A program made the translations under genes and the position numbers. From Piromyces finnis finn (taxonomy: Eukaryota > Fungi > Neocallimastigomycota): DNA of 64,000 bases. Position 1 is the stretch's first letter; the number at the start of each line of letters is the position of its first letter. The stretch is taken from the NCBI GenBank assembly GCA_002104945.1, contig MCFH01000016.1, positions 434,001 through 498,000 on the forward strand, in the 5' to 3' direction. Of the stretch, positions 26,139 to 38,892 are shown in pieces. The notes beneath the pieces were generated by a model. The model saw nothing but the letters and a program-made list of their open reading frames with translations, had not been told where the DNA came from and ran no database searches.

Positions 26139-29100
26139 TTAATAACCACAATAGAATGGGATTGAACACCATTGTCCATTTTCAATACCCCAGCTACTAT
26201 CATCATCTTGCTCAACAATATCTATACATGAACTACAACATGAATATTCAGAATCACTGCCTGGACTATTGGCTGGACATAAGTAGGTTATGCTAGAGGC
26301 ATCACAACTAGATTTAATACCACACCAATCATTATCTTTGACACCCCAAAGACCATTTTCATCAGTGCTAACAACATCACAGGAATCACAACATGGATGA
26401 CCTAAAGCAAGAGAGAAACATTCACCTGAAGATTCATTTGTTCCTGAACTAAAACCACACCATTCTCCATTAATTATACCCCATTCACCATATTCATCGA
26501 CATAGGCAACTTCAGTACCATCTGGACAACAATCGAAAGTTTCATCTAAATATTTAACAATACAATTATTAGAGGATGTTGGGGAGGAAGATATCGTTTT
26601 TGTGGTGGTCTTTTTCTTGGTAGTGGTTTGACGATGAGGCGTATTATTATTTGAATTGCTAACAACACTAGTATCATCACCAACAACAACACCACGTCCA
26701 TTGGTTGCAATATAAACACGACCAAAAATGTTTGGATCCCCGATAACTTTGGAGTTATAAACACCCCATTGATGATTATCATCATTTAATAAGGTCCAGG
26801 TATTACCAAGATCAGTAGAACGGTAGACACCATAATAACCATCATATTTACCAACAATATAAACCGTGTATGGAGCATTTGAATTTGGATCAGGTTTACC
26901 AAAACCAACTGAATCAGCAGTTTTAAAGAGTGGATCAACTTCTTTAAAGGTTTTACCATAATCTGTTGACATTTGAACACCACCCCAATAGGTGCAGGCT
27001 AACCATAAGTGACCTTCAACATCAAATGGTGAATTCAATTGACCGGCACTTAAACCAGAACTAAGTTTACTATAGGTTTTACCACCATCTTTACTGAGGT
27101 AAACACTTTGATAATCATAACCATACATTAATGTTAAATTTTTACCATCTGGACGAATTTGAGTACATTGTGGACAGGTAGTTACCTTTGTCCAAGTAGC
27201 ACCATGGTCTGTAGTCCAGTATGGAACATTGGATTGATTTGGAACCCAAGTAACAACTTTACCATCACCAGAAATAGTAATATGACCTCCGGTAGCATTT
27301 TCATATGGGAGTGACTTCATTGGAGTCCAAGTGTGACCACCGTCATTTGAGTAGGCCGCATTATCTGTACCACAGGAAACTACAATTTGTGGGTTAGAGT
27401 ATGCATATTCAACGGAACTACCAGTAGTATAGGTTGGGTTGGTCCACATTTCTACTGCTTCATTAATATCATCTTGAGTGAAACCACCAAGATCACCAAG
27501 AGCAGTTAAAAGTTGTGGATTACCAGGTCCAGCTGGTGGTGCTTCAATATCGTTAATAGCACATTCTTCAAAACCATGTACATTTGGGGCCCAGTGAGTT
27601 GCGGCATTCTTATCGGCATTAGTAAAATCAGTGGTGGTATAAACTGTAGCACCAGTACCATAGGAAACATTATTATCATCAAATGGATCCATAGCTAAGG
27701 AAGCAATCCACCAACCAAATTTTAAACCGTCTTCTTTACCAAAGTCAAGCCATGGATATTCACTAATGTCTAATTCAGCATGACTAGCAACACCTTCAGA
27801 CCAAGTCTCACCATAATCGTTACTTTTGTAAACTTCATCACTTGGCCACCATAAATTTAAAGTAGAGACAATAACTACACCAGGATTAGTGCCACTAGTT
27901 TGAACACCAGTATAACCGAATTGCTGAGTTTCATAAGAACCTTTTACTGGTGTAATTTCCTTAAAGGAGTAATCAGCAAGTTTAATTCTATAAACAGCAC
28001 CTTGAGTGGCACCATTTGGTCCAATTGAATTGGCGTAAGTAACATAAAGATATTTATTATCGGCACTGAAAGCACCATGATGAGGATAATAACCTGTATT
28101 TGGTTGTCCGCTTATTTGCTTGAAGGTAGAACCTCCATCATCACTACGGTATAATGGTCCTTTAGAATTATCAGTAGCAACAATAATTGTTTTTCCTTTG
28201 GTTCCTGGTACAAAAAGGATGAATGGAATATCATAGTCCGTTGGGAATGAAGCAACTTGACTAAAAGATTCAGCATAGTTTGTTGATTTATATAAACCAT
28301 TCTTTCTGGTACCAAAATAGATAATATTGTTTTGTTCAGGATGAACAGCGAGTCTTTCACCACGACCACGACCATCATCATTTGCACCAAAGTGGAATGG
28401 TGCATCCCAACGAGTTTTCCAAGTTTGACCATAGTCATCTGAAGCAATAATGGCTCCATTTTCACCATAACTCATATAGGTACCCGCAGCAATGTAGACA
28501 CGGTTTGGTTCTTTAGTATCAACACCTAAACTTTCACAGCCAAATAACCACCATTCGCTACCACCAAAAATATCTTGAATTGGAGTCCATGATTTATTAT
28601 TTTGGTCATAACGATAAGAACCTCCCATATCAGTTCTTAAATATAATAATCCTTGCTCTATAAAATAATATTTTTAAATAAGTATTCGAGTTAAATAGAG
28701 TTTTTTTAAAGTGTTGAAAATATTATTTGGAATATTATCATTATATTTATTTAATATATATGCATTTCTTTATTATTTTTGAACATTATTATTTTATGCT
28801 TTTATTTATAATGTTTTTTATTTACTATATTGTATTGCTTATTTGTATTTTTTATAATTCTAATTAATATAGGGTGGTTGATTAAATTTTAATGTATTTA
28901 ATTTGGAATTATTACTTTTATTTTATTTAATTATTTTATATTTTGTATTATTGATAAACTTTTTTAATTATTTTATATTTTTTTTTTTTTTTTTTTTTTT
29001 GAAAAATACATGAATAAATCGAAATAACGTTTTATAAGCTTTACTATTTTAAAATTATTTACCTCCAGGATTATAAATTAAATTTGTTACAAAACCACCA

Positions 29101-29326
29101 CCACCAATCTATTTTAAAATTTATTCGTATTAAAAATATTTTTATATAATAATAATAGTAATAAATAATAATAGTACTTTATTAGTTATAATAATTTATT
29201 GTTATTATTATTTTTTTTCTTAAATAATCACTATACCTTGGTATTATACCAATTATATTTAACTGATAAACAAGTTGGAATGCTTAATAACACCAACCCT
29301 AAAATTGTCAGAATTAATTTTTTCAT
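26139..29326 (-). CDS. Secreted GH74 xyloglucanase with a Thr-rich linker and three C-terminal fungal dockerin (CBM10-like) modules; 3 exons
   Basis: Signal peptide MKKLILTILGLVLLSIPTCLS, then KIGGGGFV, catalytic RTDMGG and LGDLGG, and BNR repeats (S.D.G.TW). Three CC...WG.....WC modules follow. Two short GT-AG introns lie at the 5' end. Confidence 0.95.
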
Positions 29327-29881
29327 TTTCTATATTAATTTCGATTATAATATTAAAAATATATATATATATATTTTCCTTGTTGATTGATATGCTTAAA
29401 TATAAATAATACTATTTACAAATTTAATTATTAAAATAATAATAATAAAAAGAAAAAAAAAAAAACGAATTTCAAATCTATAATTTTAAAAGTAATTTTT
29501 ATTCTTTTTTTTTTGAAAAAAACTTTTTTTTATATTATTTATATTATAATTAATTTAAATTCTATTGTTTATATTTTTTACTATTATATCAAGTCTATAA
29601 TTTATATTTTAATCATGATATTAATATAATTATTATTTAATATAATATTAGATGAGTTGCTTATAAATTTTTTTAAAATCTTAAATACTATAAAATTGGA
29701 AAATTTCAAATATAATTATTATTTTGAAATATATATTATTTAAACTTTTTTATTATTTATATTTTAGCTGTAATAATACTACTTATTTATTATTACATAT
29801 TGGTTTCTCATTTTGCATAATTAATCATTAATTAAATGCTACCCATTGAAGAATATTAAATAATATCAAAAAAAAGATATT

Positions 29882-30040
29882 TTTAATTTAGTTAATATAT
29901 GTAGAAAACAATTAAGAATATTTAATTTAGTTAATATATGTAGAAAACAATTAAGAATATTTAATTTAGTTAATATATGTAGAAAACAATTAAGAATATT
30001 TAATTTAGTTAATATATGTAGAAAACAATTAAGAATATTT
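29882..30040. repeat. 39-bp tandem repeat x4
   Basis: Unit TTAATTTAGTTAATATATGTAGAAAACAATTAAGAATAT; copies identical by eye. Confidence 0.93.
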
Positions 30041-30092
30041 ACATAAAAAAAAAAAGTTTATTAATTAAATAGTTTATTATAAAAAAAACGGC

Positions 30093-30297
30093 AGTTTAAG
30101 TCATTTTCAAACTTTATTATTATTTATATGTAAATTTAGGTGATACAAAATATTTAATATAAATTATTATTAATTAGAGTTTAATATCCAAAGAAGTTTA
30201 AGTCATTTTCAAACTTTATTATTATTTATATGTAAAATTTAGGTGATACAAAATATTTAATATAAATTATTATTAATTAGAGTTTAATATCCAAAGA
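30093..30297. repeat. About 102-bp direct tandem duplication x2
   Basis: AGTTTAAGTCATTTTCAAAC...ATATCCAAAGA repeated at 30093 and 30195, with one extra A in the second copy. Confidence 0.92.
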
Positions 30298-31663
30298 TAA
30301 GTAAATTGAAATAATTATTAGATGTGGATTTTATTTTAATTATTAAACGTTAGAAAATAAAAAAAGATATAAACTATCATTAAAACCTTTTTTTTTTTTT
30401 CTCATTTGTTTTAGTTTAATTTTAGGAATCCTTTCTTTTTTTTAAACTCAAATATCGGTGTAAATAGGAAAAGAAAAATTAATTCCCGTTTTTTTAAATA
30501 ACATAAATTGTGGATATTAAAAATTTTAATTTAAATATTGTGGGAAAAAATGCAGAAGGCTTAAATAAATGCTATATACATAAAAGTTAATTTTATATCT
30601 ACTTTGAAATAATGTGTATTATGATAATAAATATATATTTATTTCAATATTTATTTATTTATTTAGAAATATACATTTTAAATTATTATCATTTATAATA
30701 TTATTATTTCTATGTGAATTTTTTTTTTAAAAAAAGAAAACAATTAAGAGCATATTTTTTAAGTGTACGGTAGTAGTTTATCCTTTTTTGAAAAGATATA
30801 TAAATGGAATATATCTAAAATACTGAATTAATTATAAATTATAAAACCTTTCAGTTAATTAGAATGTAATTATTATTAACCTCATTCTCATTATTAGCCA
30901 TATTAATTTATTTTATAATAATAAACCCAGAAAAACATGTCAGACATTCTCATTTATCATTTATACATTGATAATAATTTAATATAATAAGATGATTATT
31001 ATTAAAGTATTTATTATTGTTTTTTATTGTACTTTTGCTCCTATATAATATCAAGTTAAAATAATTATTTATATAAATATGAATTAGTAATTATCCTAGA
31101 TTTTTTAACCAGATTTTTTTGGCCAGAAGAATTTCTAAAATAATCAAAAAAAATCTTAATAATGACCATTTACATAAAAATATTTAAAAATTATTTCTAA
31201 GAACTACAACAAAAATACTGGTTAGTTTTGAGGTTTTATTAATTTATTATGTACGTGCAATCTATGAAAAAGTTACCTTAATGAAATACTAAAGAAAATT
31301 CGTAAACATTAGAGGAATTATATAAAAGATACTAAAATTGAGGATGGTGGAGTAAATATATATCAAAATTAATCATATCATCATATATATATATATTTTT
31401 TAATATTTTTAGTACTTTTAAAAGTAAAAAACTTTTAAATATTTTTAATAAATTAAAAAAAAAATTAAACTAATTTAATATATGAAATATACTTTTTTAA
31501 AATTTAATTTTTTTTTTTTTTTTTTTTTTTTTTTTCAAAAAAGTAAAACGAAAAAAAGAAATTGAAGCAAAAATATTAAATAATTATAATATTTAACTAA
31601 TAATTTAATAATAAAAACTCAATATATATCATTATTATTATATATATTTGAATTTAAATAAAT

Positions 31664-32747
31664 ATGTCTTCCAAAAGCTATTTAGCAGTAAGCTTGTTTT
31701 ATATATAAATTTTTTTTAATCAAATCATTAATAATAATAATAATAAATTTATAAAAAAGGAATTTATAAGTATTCAAAAGGAGGTTTCAGGTACTATCGA
31801 CCTTTTTGGTAAAAAATCTTCCAAAGGTAATATTAAATATAATTTATTTATTTTTTTTAATAATAATTATAAATCATTATCATAATATACAAATTTAATT
31901 TGTTAATATTTTTTTATAGCTGCTCAATCATTTCAAAGATGGGGTAGCGAAGAAAAGGATGATATAAAATCTCTTACAGATAATTTATATGGTATCTTTG
32001 TAAAAATAGAAGGCGCTTTTGAACATCATTATAAACGTAAAGTATATTTTTAAAAATGTCTTTCATATTTGTGATAATGTTTTCATTAAATAAATGTAAA
32101 TATATTTACAATTTATAAAATATATTATAGATGGTATTGAAAGAAGTGTTAATTCTTTTTATGAAATAATAGATGTATGTAAAAGTAATATTTATTTCAT
32201 CATTATTATTAAGATAAACAAGCTCATGTCTTTTTTTTTTTTAACTTCATATGTATTATCTCATAATTTATAGGAAGTAGAATATATTAACAAACTTTCA
32301 AAAAAAAAGGACAAAACAGGAAAGAAATTAAATAAAATTAGTAACATGGGAAATAAGGGTCTTTATAAAGCAAATGATAAACTTCGTAATGAATATGATG
32401 AAAAAACACAAAGTATTGAAGCTAAAAAAAGAAAAATTTTGAAAAAAGCATTAATCACTCAATTTGATGCTCTCAAGGACACAATTAATCGTTTAAAGTA
32501 AGTGTAATAATAATTTAATAAATCAATTTTATTTTATCTTTATTTTATATTTTAATTATTAAAATGCTAAAATTTTTAAATTTAAAAGTATTTGTTGTGT
32601 TTATGGAAAGGCAATAATTAATAATCTCCCAGAAGGTAATTACTCTTATGTTGTATAAATTTTTATAATTTATTATTATTTTTTTTCTTATACATTTTTT
32701 AGATTTTGTAAATTAGAATAATTAAATAATTAATTAGAATTTGGAAC

Positions 32748-32804
<57 letters not shown>

Positions 32805-34293
32805 TTTTTTTTTTTTTCGAATTTTTTAACAATTATTATCTATTTATTTTTATATACGTAAAGAATATGATGATGAAAAATGTAATAAATATGTTAAAAA
32901 GAATGAAAAATTTATGAAAAAAGTTTATGAAGATCTTTCAAATTGTGGTGATAAAATCCCAAGTAAAATGGGTAGTAGTTCAGATGCTGGTGGTAACAAC
33001 AACAATGATAATAATGAAGGAAATTATCCACAAAGTTCCTCTATGAATAGAAATATTGAGAATGATAGAAATAATATGAATTATGGCAATATGGGAATGA
33101 TGAATAATGGTAATATGGGAATGATGAATAACAACAATATAGGAATGATGAATGATGGCAATATGAGTATGATGGGTGGTATGCCAATGAATAATAATAT
33201 GAATAATAATATGAATAATAATAATATGAATAATATGCAAATGAATATTACAGGGGGAATGTTTATGAGTAATAATATGAATGGTGTATCGGTAAACAAT
33301 AATATAGGGAGAATGCCAATGTCACCTATATCAATGTCTATGCCAAATATTCCTGCAAATCAGCCAATACCAGGAATACCTGGAATAAATAATAATATGG
33401 GAATGTCTCAATCACCAATGATGGCAGGGATGAATATGATGAATGATAATATGGGTGCTTTACAACTTTCAGCTTATCAAAATATGACTAATAATAATAA
33501 TAATAAGTATGTTAGTAAAGACGAAAATAATAGCAAGAATAATTTATCTAATTCCAAACAAAATATCAATAATAACAATGATAATAGTGCAAGTAAATTG
33601 CATAGCAAAGTACATACAGATACCTCTATTGGTTTCTCGACCCAAGGAACTAATTTTAACTATAATACTGCAACTAATGATTTCTTTAATATTCCAACTG
33701 TTCCAATTCTTTCAGCTAGTAACAGATTAAATTCTACTAGTAGTATTGACAGTAATAATAGCAACAACAACAATAATAATAACTTTAATAACAATAGTTA
33801 TGGCGGTTTTGATACCATTAATAATAGTAATAATAATATTAATAGTAGTAATTTTATCATCAATAACCGTAGTAGTAGTAACCATGGTAGTTTCGATAAC
33901 TATAATAATAATTGTTGCAATAGCCCAATGTTTAGTAATAATAATCTTACAAATCCAAACTTTATTAATATGAATAACAATAATAGAATGAATAGTTTTG
34001 ATAGTTACGATTCTAATTATAGTGGCATACTCAAAAATAATAATAAACAACAATATAGCCCAAGTTTATCAGAATCTAGTTTTTCTACCAATAGTTCCAA
34101 TATGCCAAATAATGATTACTTAAATGGCAATATTAATAACAAAGGAAGTAATGGTAATATAAATGCTATGAGAATTCAAAGTCCAAATTCTGTTTCCAAC
34201 GTCAATTCTCCTTACAAATCTATATTTGAAGTAGAAGATGATTTAAATGATCTTAATTATTTAAATTTGAATGATTCCAATAATAGAAATTAA
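31664..34293 (+). CDS. Pil1/Lsp1 (eisosome)-like BAR-domain protein with a long Asn/Met-rich low-complexity tail; about 7 exons
   Basis: The spliced product contains AAQSFQRWGSEEKDDIKSLTDNLYGIF and KRKILKKALITQFDALKDTINRLNICCVYGKAIINNLPE. From memory these resemble Pil1 AAKQLSIWG..DDDVSDITDKL and ..QFDS..EHSEK....GYGKALLELL. The exon 2 acceptor is uncertain. Confidence 0.68.
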
Positions 34294-35138
34294 GGTTATA
34301 TTTTTAATCGATTTTTAGTATTTTTCAAAAAGATATAAATAAATTATAGTAAAGTAAAAACATAAGCTTCAATAATTTCAATTCTATTATATTATATCAC
34401 TTTAAAATGTTAATATCAATTATTTTTAATAGTAAAATATATTTAATAAATATAAAATCAATATATTTTTTATTTTATTTTAATATTAAATATTAATTTT
34501 ATATATATATATGTTCAAGAAATAACAAAAAAAAAAAAAAAAAAAAAAAAAAGAAAAATAGTAATTGGTATAGATTAAAAATTATTAATTTTAAATCTAT
34601 ATTTGATTATATTTAAAAAAGCAAAAAATAAAAACAAAGCAAAATAAATAAATAAAGAAACAAAAAAAAAAAAAAAAAAAAAAAAAGAATAAATATGTTG
34701 TATTTTTATTTTAATAATAATATAATTTTTATATATGCCAATTCATAAGAATTTTCTTATATAAAAAATTCAAAAAACAACAAAATAACGAAAGTGAAAA
34801 ATAGTAATTGATATGAGTTAAAAAACAATTATTTTTAAGTCCATATTCAATTGTATTTACAAAACGAAACGAAACAAACAAATAAATAATAATGATAAAA
34901 AAAAAAAAAACATTTACATCGACTGACAATTATTAAGAAAAAAAAAAAAATTAATAATAGTAAAAGGACAATTTAAGTAGGAAAAATTTTAACATGATGT
35001 TTTAATAATTGTTGATGAAATTATCAAAGTTGAAAAGTATTAATAATAAGTACTGAAAGAATGTATATTAAGAAATCTGTTTTAATTTTATATTATTATA
35101 TATCAATAATTATTACCTCTAAATAAAAAAAAATATAA

Positions 35139-35144
<6 letters not shown>

Positions 35145-35178
<34 letters not shown>

Positions 35179-35256
35179 CATATTTATTCAATAAAATAAC
35201 AAAGTTATTAAACTGCTTACTAGTTTTCTTACTGTTTCTTCAGCATTGATACTCTA
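35145..35256 (-). mobile_element. Very short 3' relic of a related LINE family with its own poly(A)
   Basis: 34-nt T-run at 35145-35178, with AATAAA next to it on the minus strand. 35227-35249 is identical to LINE 19993-20015 and reads SINAEETVRK versus SVNAEETVRQ. No TSD found. Confidence 0.6.
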
Positions 35257-36056
35257 GTAAAAAGACATTATACTATCAAAATTCCAACGATCAATGTATT
35301 AAAATTAACAACAAATAGTATTAAGAACTTAATAAAAAGCACAATAATATTATTTGAATATTTTATTATTCTTATTTCTTTTATTTTTATTTCTTTCTTT
35401 ACTATTTTTTGATCTATTCCCGCTGTCTATCATAAAAATTAGAGTCTTTTTTACAAAAATCCATTATAAAACTTTATTTTTATTAAAAATTTTTTTAATG
35501 TAAAAATTTATAAACTATTTTTGTCTTTTTATCCTTTTTATGAAAAATTACAATTTCTATCCCTTTAGAAAATTTTAAATAACTTTGTAATTTGAAAAGT
35601 AACTCTTATTAATAAAACGGCGGTAATAATAATAAAAAAAAAAAAAAAAAAATCATAAACTCTAATCAGGGTTATATTTAATAGTTATTATAAATTTTTA
35701 TATTGTTTATTAAGAAAATTGTTATTATTATTATTGTTGTTGTTGTTGTTATTATTATTATCATTATTAAATTATTATAAAAGTTTCATAAAACGATAAA
35801 TGTATTTTAAAAGAAATACAAGTGAAGCTTGAGTATTTTTTTTTTTTTTTCTTTTTTTTTTTTTATAAATAAAAAATAAATTAATAATTAATAAATAAAT
35901 ATATATTTATATTTATTTTATATTTATATAATAATAACATATGAATCAAATTAATACTATAATTTGAATGGATTAAAAATAAATATGAAAATAAATGAAA
36001 TAAGGATAAGGATAATAGAAAAAAAAAAAAAAAAAAAAGAATAGAATAGAATTCAT

Positions 36057-38277
36057 TTATTGGAAAATATCAATAATTTCTACATGGAATGTTTTTTCTT
36101 TTACTGATTTTTCTGCTTCAAAGATTAATAATTTTAATTCTCGTACATAGTATTGAACATTTACAAAGTAAGAACGCATTTCTTTTAACAATTCTAAATA
36201 AAAATAACAAGGTGCAAGGGTTTCTTGTGGGAAAGATGAAAATATAGAAAATTTCGAAGATTGTTTACTGTCACTTTCTCTTATATATTTCATTTCTTGA
36301 GTAGCTATATAACGTAAAGCATAAATAACACTACATTGATAAAAAGCCCAAGCTTCACTATATGAAAAACGTAATGGCAAAATATTCTTCTTTTCAGCTG
36401 CTTCTTTTAAAAGCATTAAAGCAATAGATACATCATCAGCACTTTTGCAAGCAATAGCAATGGATTTTGCAATAGGATTTTTTTTGGTCTTTTCTGGATC
36501 ATTAATGACATTTAGAATAAAGATTCGATTAATATATATTCTTTCCGATATTGTAACGATAAAGAAACTAAACCATTTTATTTGTTCAGAAAAGTCTTTA
36601 ACTGTCAGTAATATTGCTTTTAACAATTCATAACTTGATTTACTGCATTCATCATTTTCTTCTTTTTTTGTATTATCTAAATAGTTATGATTTTTTATGA
36701 AGAAATCTTTATCGTTTGATATATCATTAACAATCACGAAATAATTTATTCTACTGTCCTTATTTATAATATCAATGGATTCAGAGACTAATTTAAGATT
36801 ATCTATAGATGTGGAAGAAGAGGTGGAAGAGGTGGTGGCATTAGAATTTGAATTAATATTATCATCATCATTAATTTCTCTATTATTATTATTAGCATCA
36901 CCATCTTTACTATAACTATTGCTGTTACTATTATAATTATCAGGAGAATAATTATAATTATTATTTTCGTTTATTATAAGATTATCTGATAAATTGGTAT
37001 TATTTAATTTTTCATTTTGGGTTTGTTTTTTATTATATGATGAAGAATTGGAATTACGCTTCATTGAATTCTTTTTTTTGCGCTTTCCATTATTTAATTC
37101 GGATAATTCCAAGTAATATGAAAAGTCTTCAGAAATATCATTGAATCTGATTAATGTAACTTCATTAATATTTTTTAAAAAGAAATGCTGTGCCTTTAAA
37201 ATATCAATGTTTATGCAATCTATATCCTCGATATCAAAGTCATTAAATTTAATTTTATTAAGGATATGAACTATTTCCAAAAGGAAAATAGAGCAACAAA
37301 GTAGATGATATTCGTAATTACTTGTTAATTCTTTTTGCATTAAACTTATTAGGAGATCAGAACGACTTTTAATAAATTCTTTTAACTGAAGAGGAGGCAT
37401 CCCATCCTTATAGGTAAGTACTAACCATGTATCATAACTTAATATAATCAATGATATACTACGCATATTTTCTATATCTTCCTTAAATAAATATTTATTT
37501 TTTTTAACATTCATTAAATATAGCAAGTGAGTCTTTATAATCTTAATACCAATTCCTGAGAAGACCCAAGCTTGATTATTTCCTGATTCTATTTTATATA
37601 ATATTAAAGATAATAAATGTTATTTTAAAAGATATAATTTTATTAATATATAATATTGACGGTTTGAATTTATCATTATTATGATAATGTGAAGTATGAT
37701 GATTACTATAACTTTTTTGAATAAAAAATTTTTTTTTATCCCTTAAAATTAATAATTATTATTATACATTTACCGAAAACAGTTACTAAATAAATAGCTT
37801 GTAATAATTGGGCATTTACATTTGTATAGTTTTGCAATATTAATGCTTTTGCTTTTTCTATATATTCTGAAGCTTTGGACATATTTGCATTTGATTGGTA
37901 TAAATATGCCATTCCATACATAGAGAAAAGCAAATATTTAGATAGAGTACCATTCTTTGCATGAACAGCAAAATAATTATAATTTACAACCGGAAAATTT
38001 GGATGAAAGTACTTGTAATAACAATTTATAACTACATAATTTATCAATTCTGATCCAATATTTTGATTTTCATTTACAACTAATTTATCTTTGTAATTAA
38101 TACTTTCATTATAATCAATATAATCATCAAATGTATTTTGTGTCATTTTGACATCATATAAACAATCTAGATTTCTTGAAATAATGCTTTCAATTACCGA
38201 ATAGTTATAATTGTTGTTATGTTCATTTATATTACTTTCTTCCATTTCATCTTTTTATTAATAGTAAGAAAAATTAG

Positions 38278-38311
<34 letters not shown>

Positions 38312-38892
38312 AAATAAAATAAAATCATTAATCTAATATTTCATAATAAGATAAAAAAAAAATATTTCTGTTATATAATATACCTGATTCATTTTCATTT
38401 TTATCAGGCTTTTCACGTTTTTTATATTTTCTCTTTTTTCTTTTTTGTTGTGGTCCTATATATTATAGAAAGTTATTTGAGAAAATAAAAAAAAGGCAAA
38501 TCTTAATATTATAAATATATATATTAAACTATATAAAGTTATTATATTATTAATAAATACCTCTTTTTTTTGGAAATGGGTTATAATAACAAACGTAATT
38601 ATATTGTTTACAAGTTAAACATTTTGGTCGTTCCCCAGTACATTTTCTTCTTTTTTTGCGACAACTTAAAATAATTTTATATAAAGAATGGAAAAAAAAA
38701 AAAATTAATTTCTGTATTGATGTTGCAAGGTTTATTAAAAGTCTTAATATATGATTTATATAAAGTATATCAAGAATACATTTGATATATTTACTTTTCA
38801 CAGGCCTGGGTAACCTTTTTTCTTAATTTTCCCTCACCTTGTGCATTACCACTGTTATTTGAAAGACTAAACAATTCATTGTCATTGTCCAT
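36057..38892 (-). CDS. Zn2Cys6 binuclear-cluster transcription factor with a fungal TF middle-homology region (paralog A)
   Basis: Spliced KVTQACE-NCRKKRRKCTGERPKCLTCKQYNYVC; YYKYFHPNFPVV; QAWVFSGIGIK. Confidence 0.9.
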
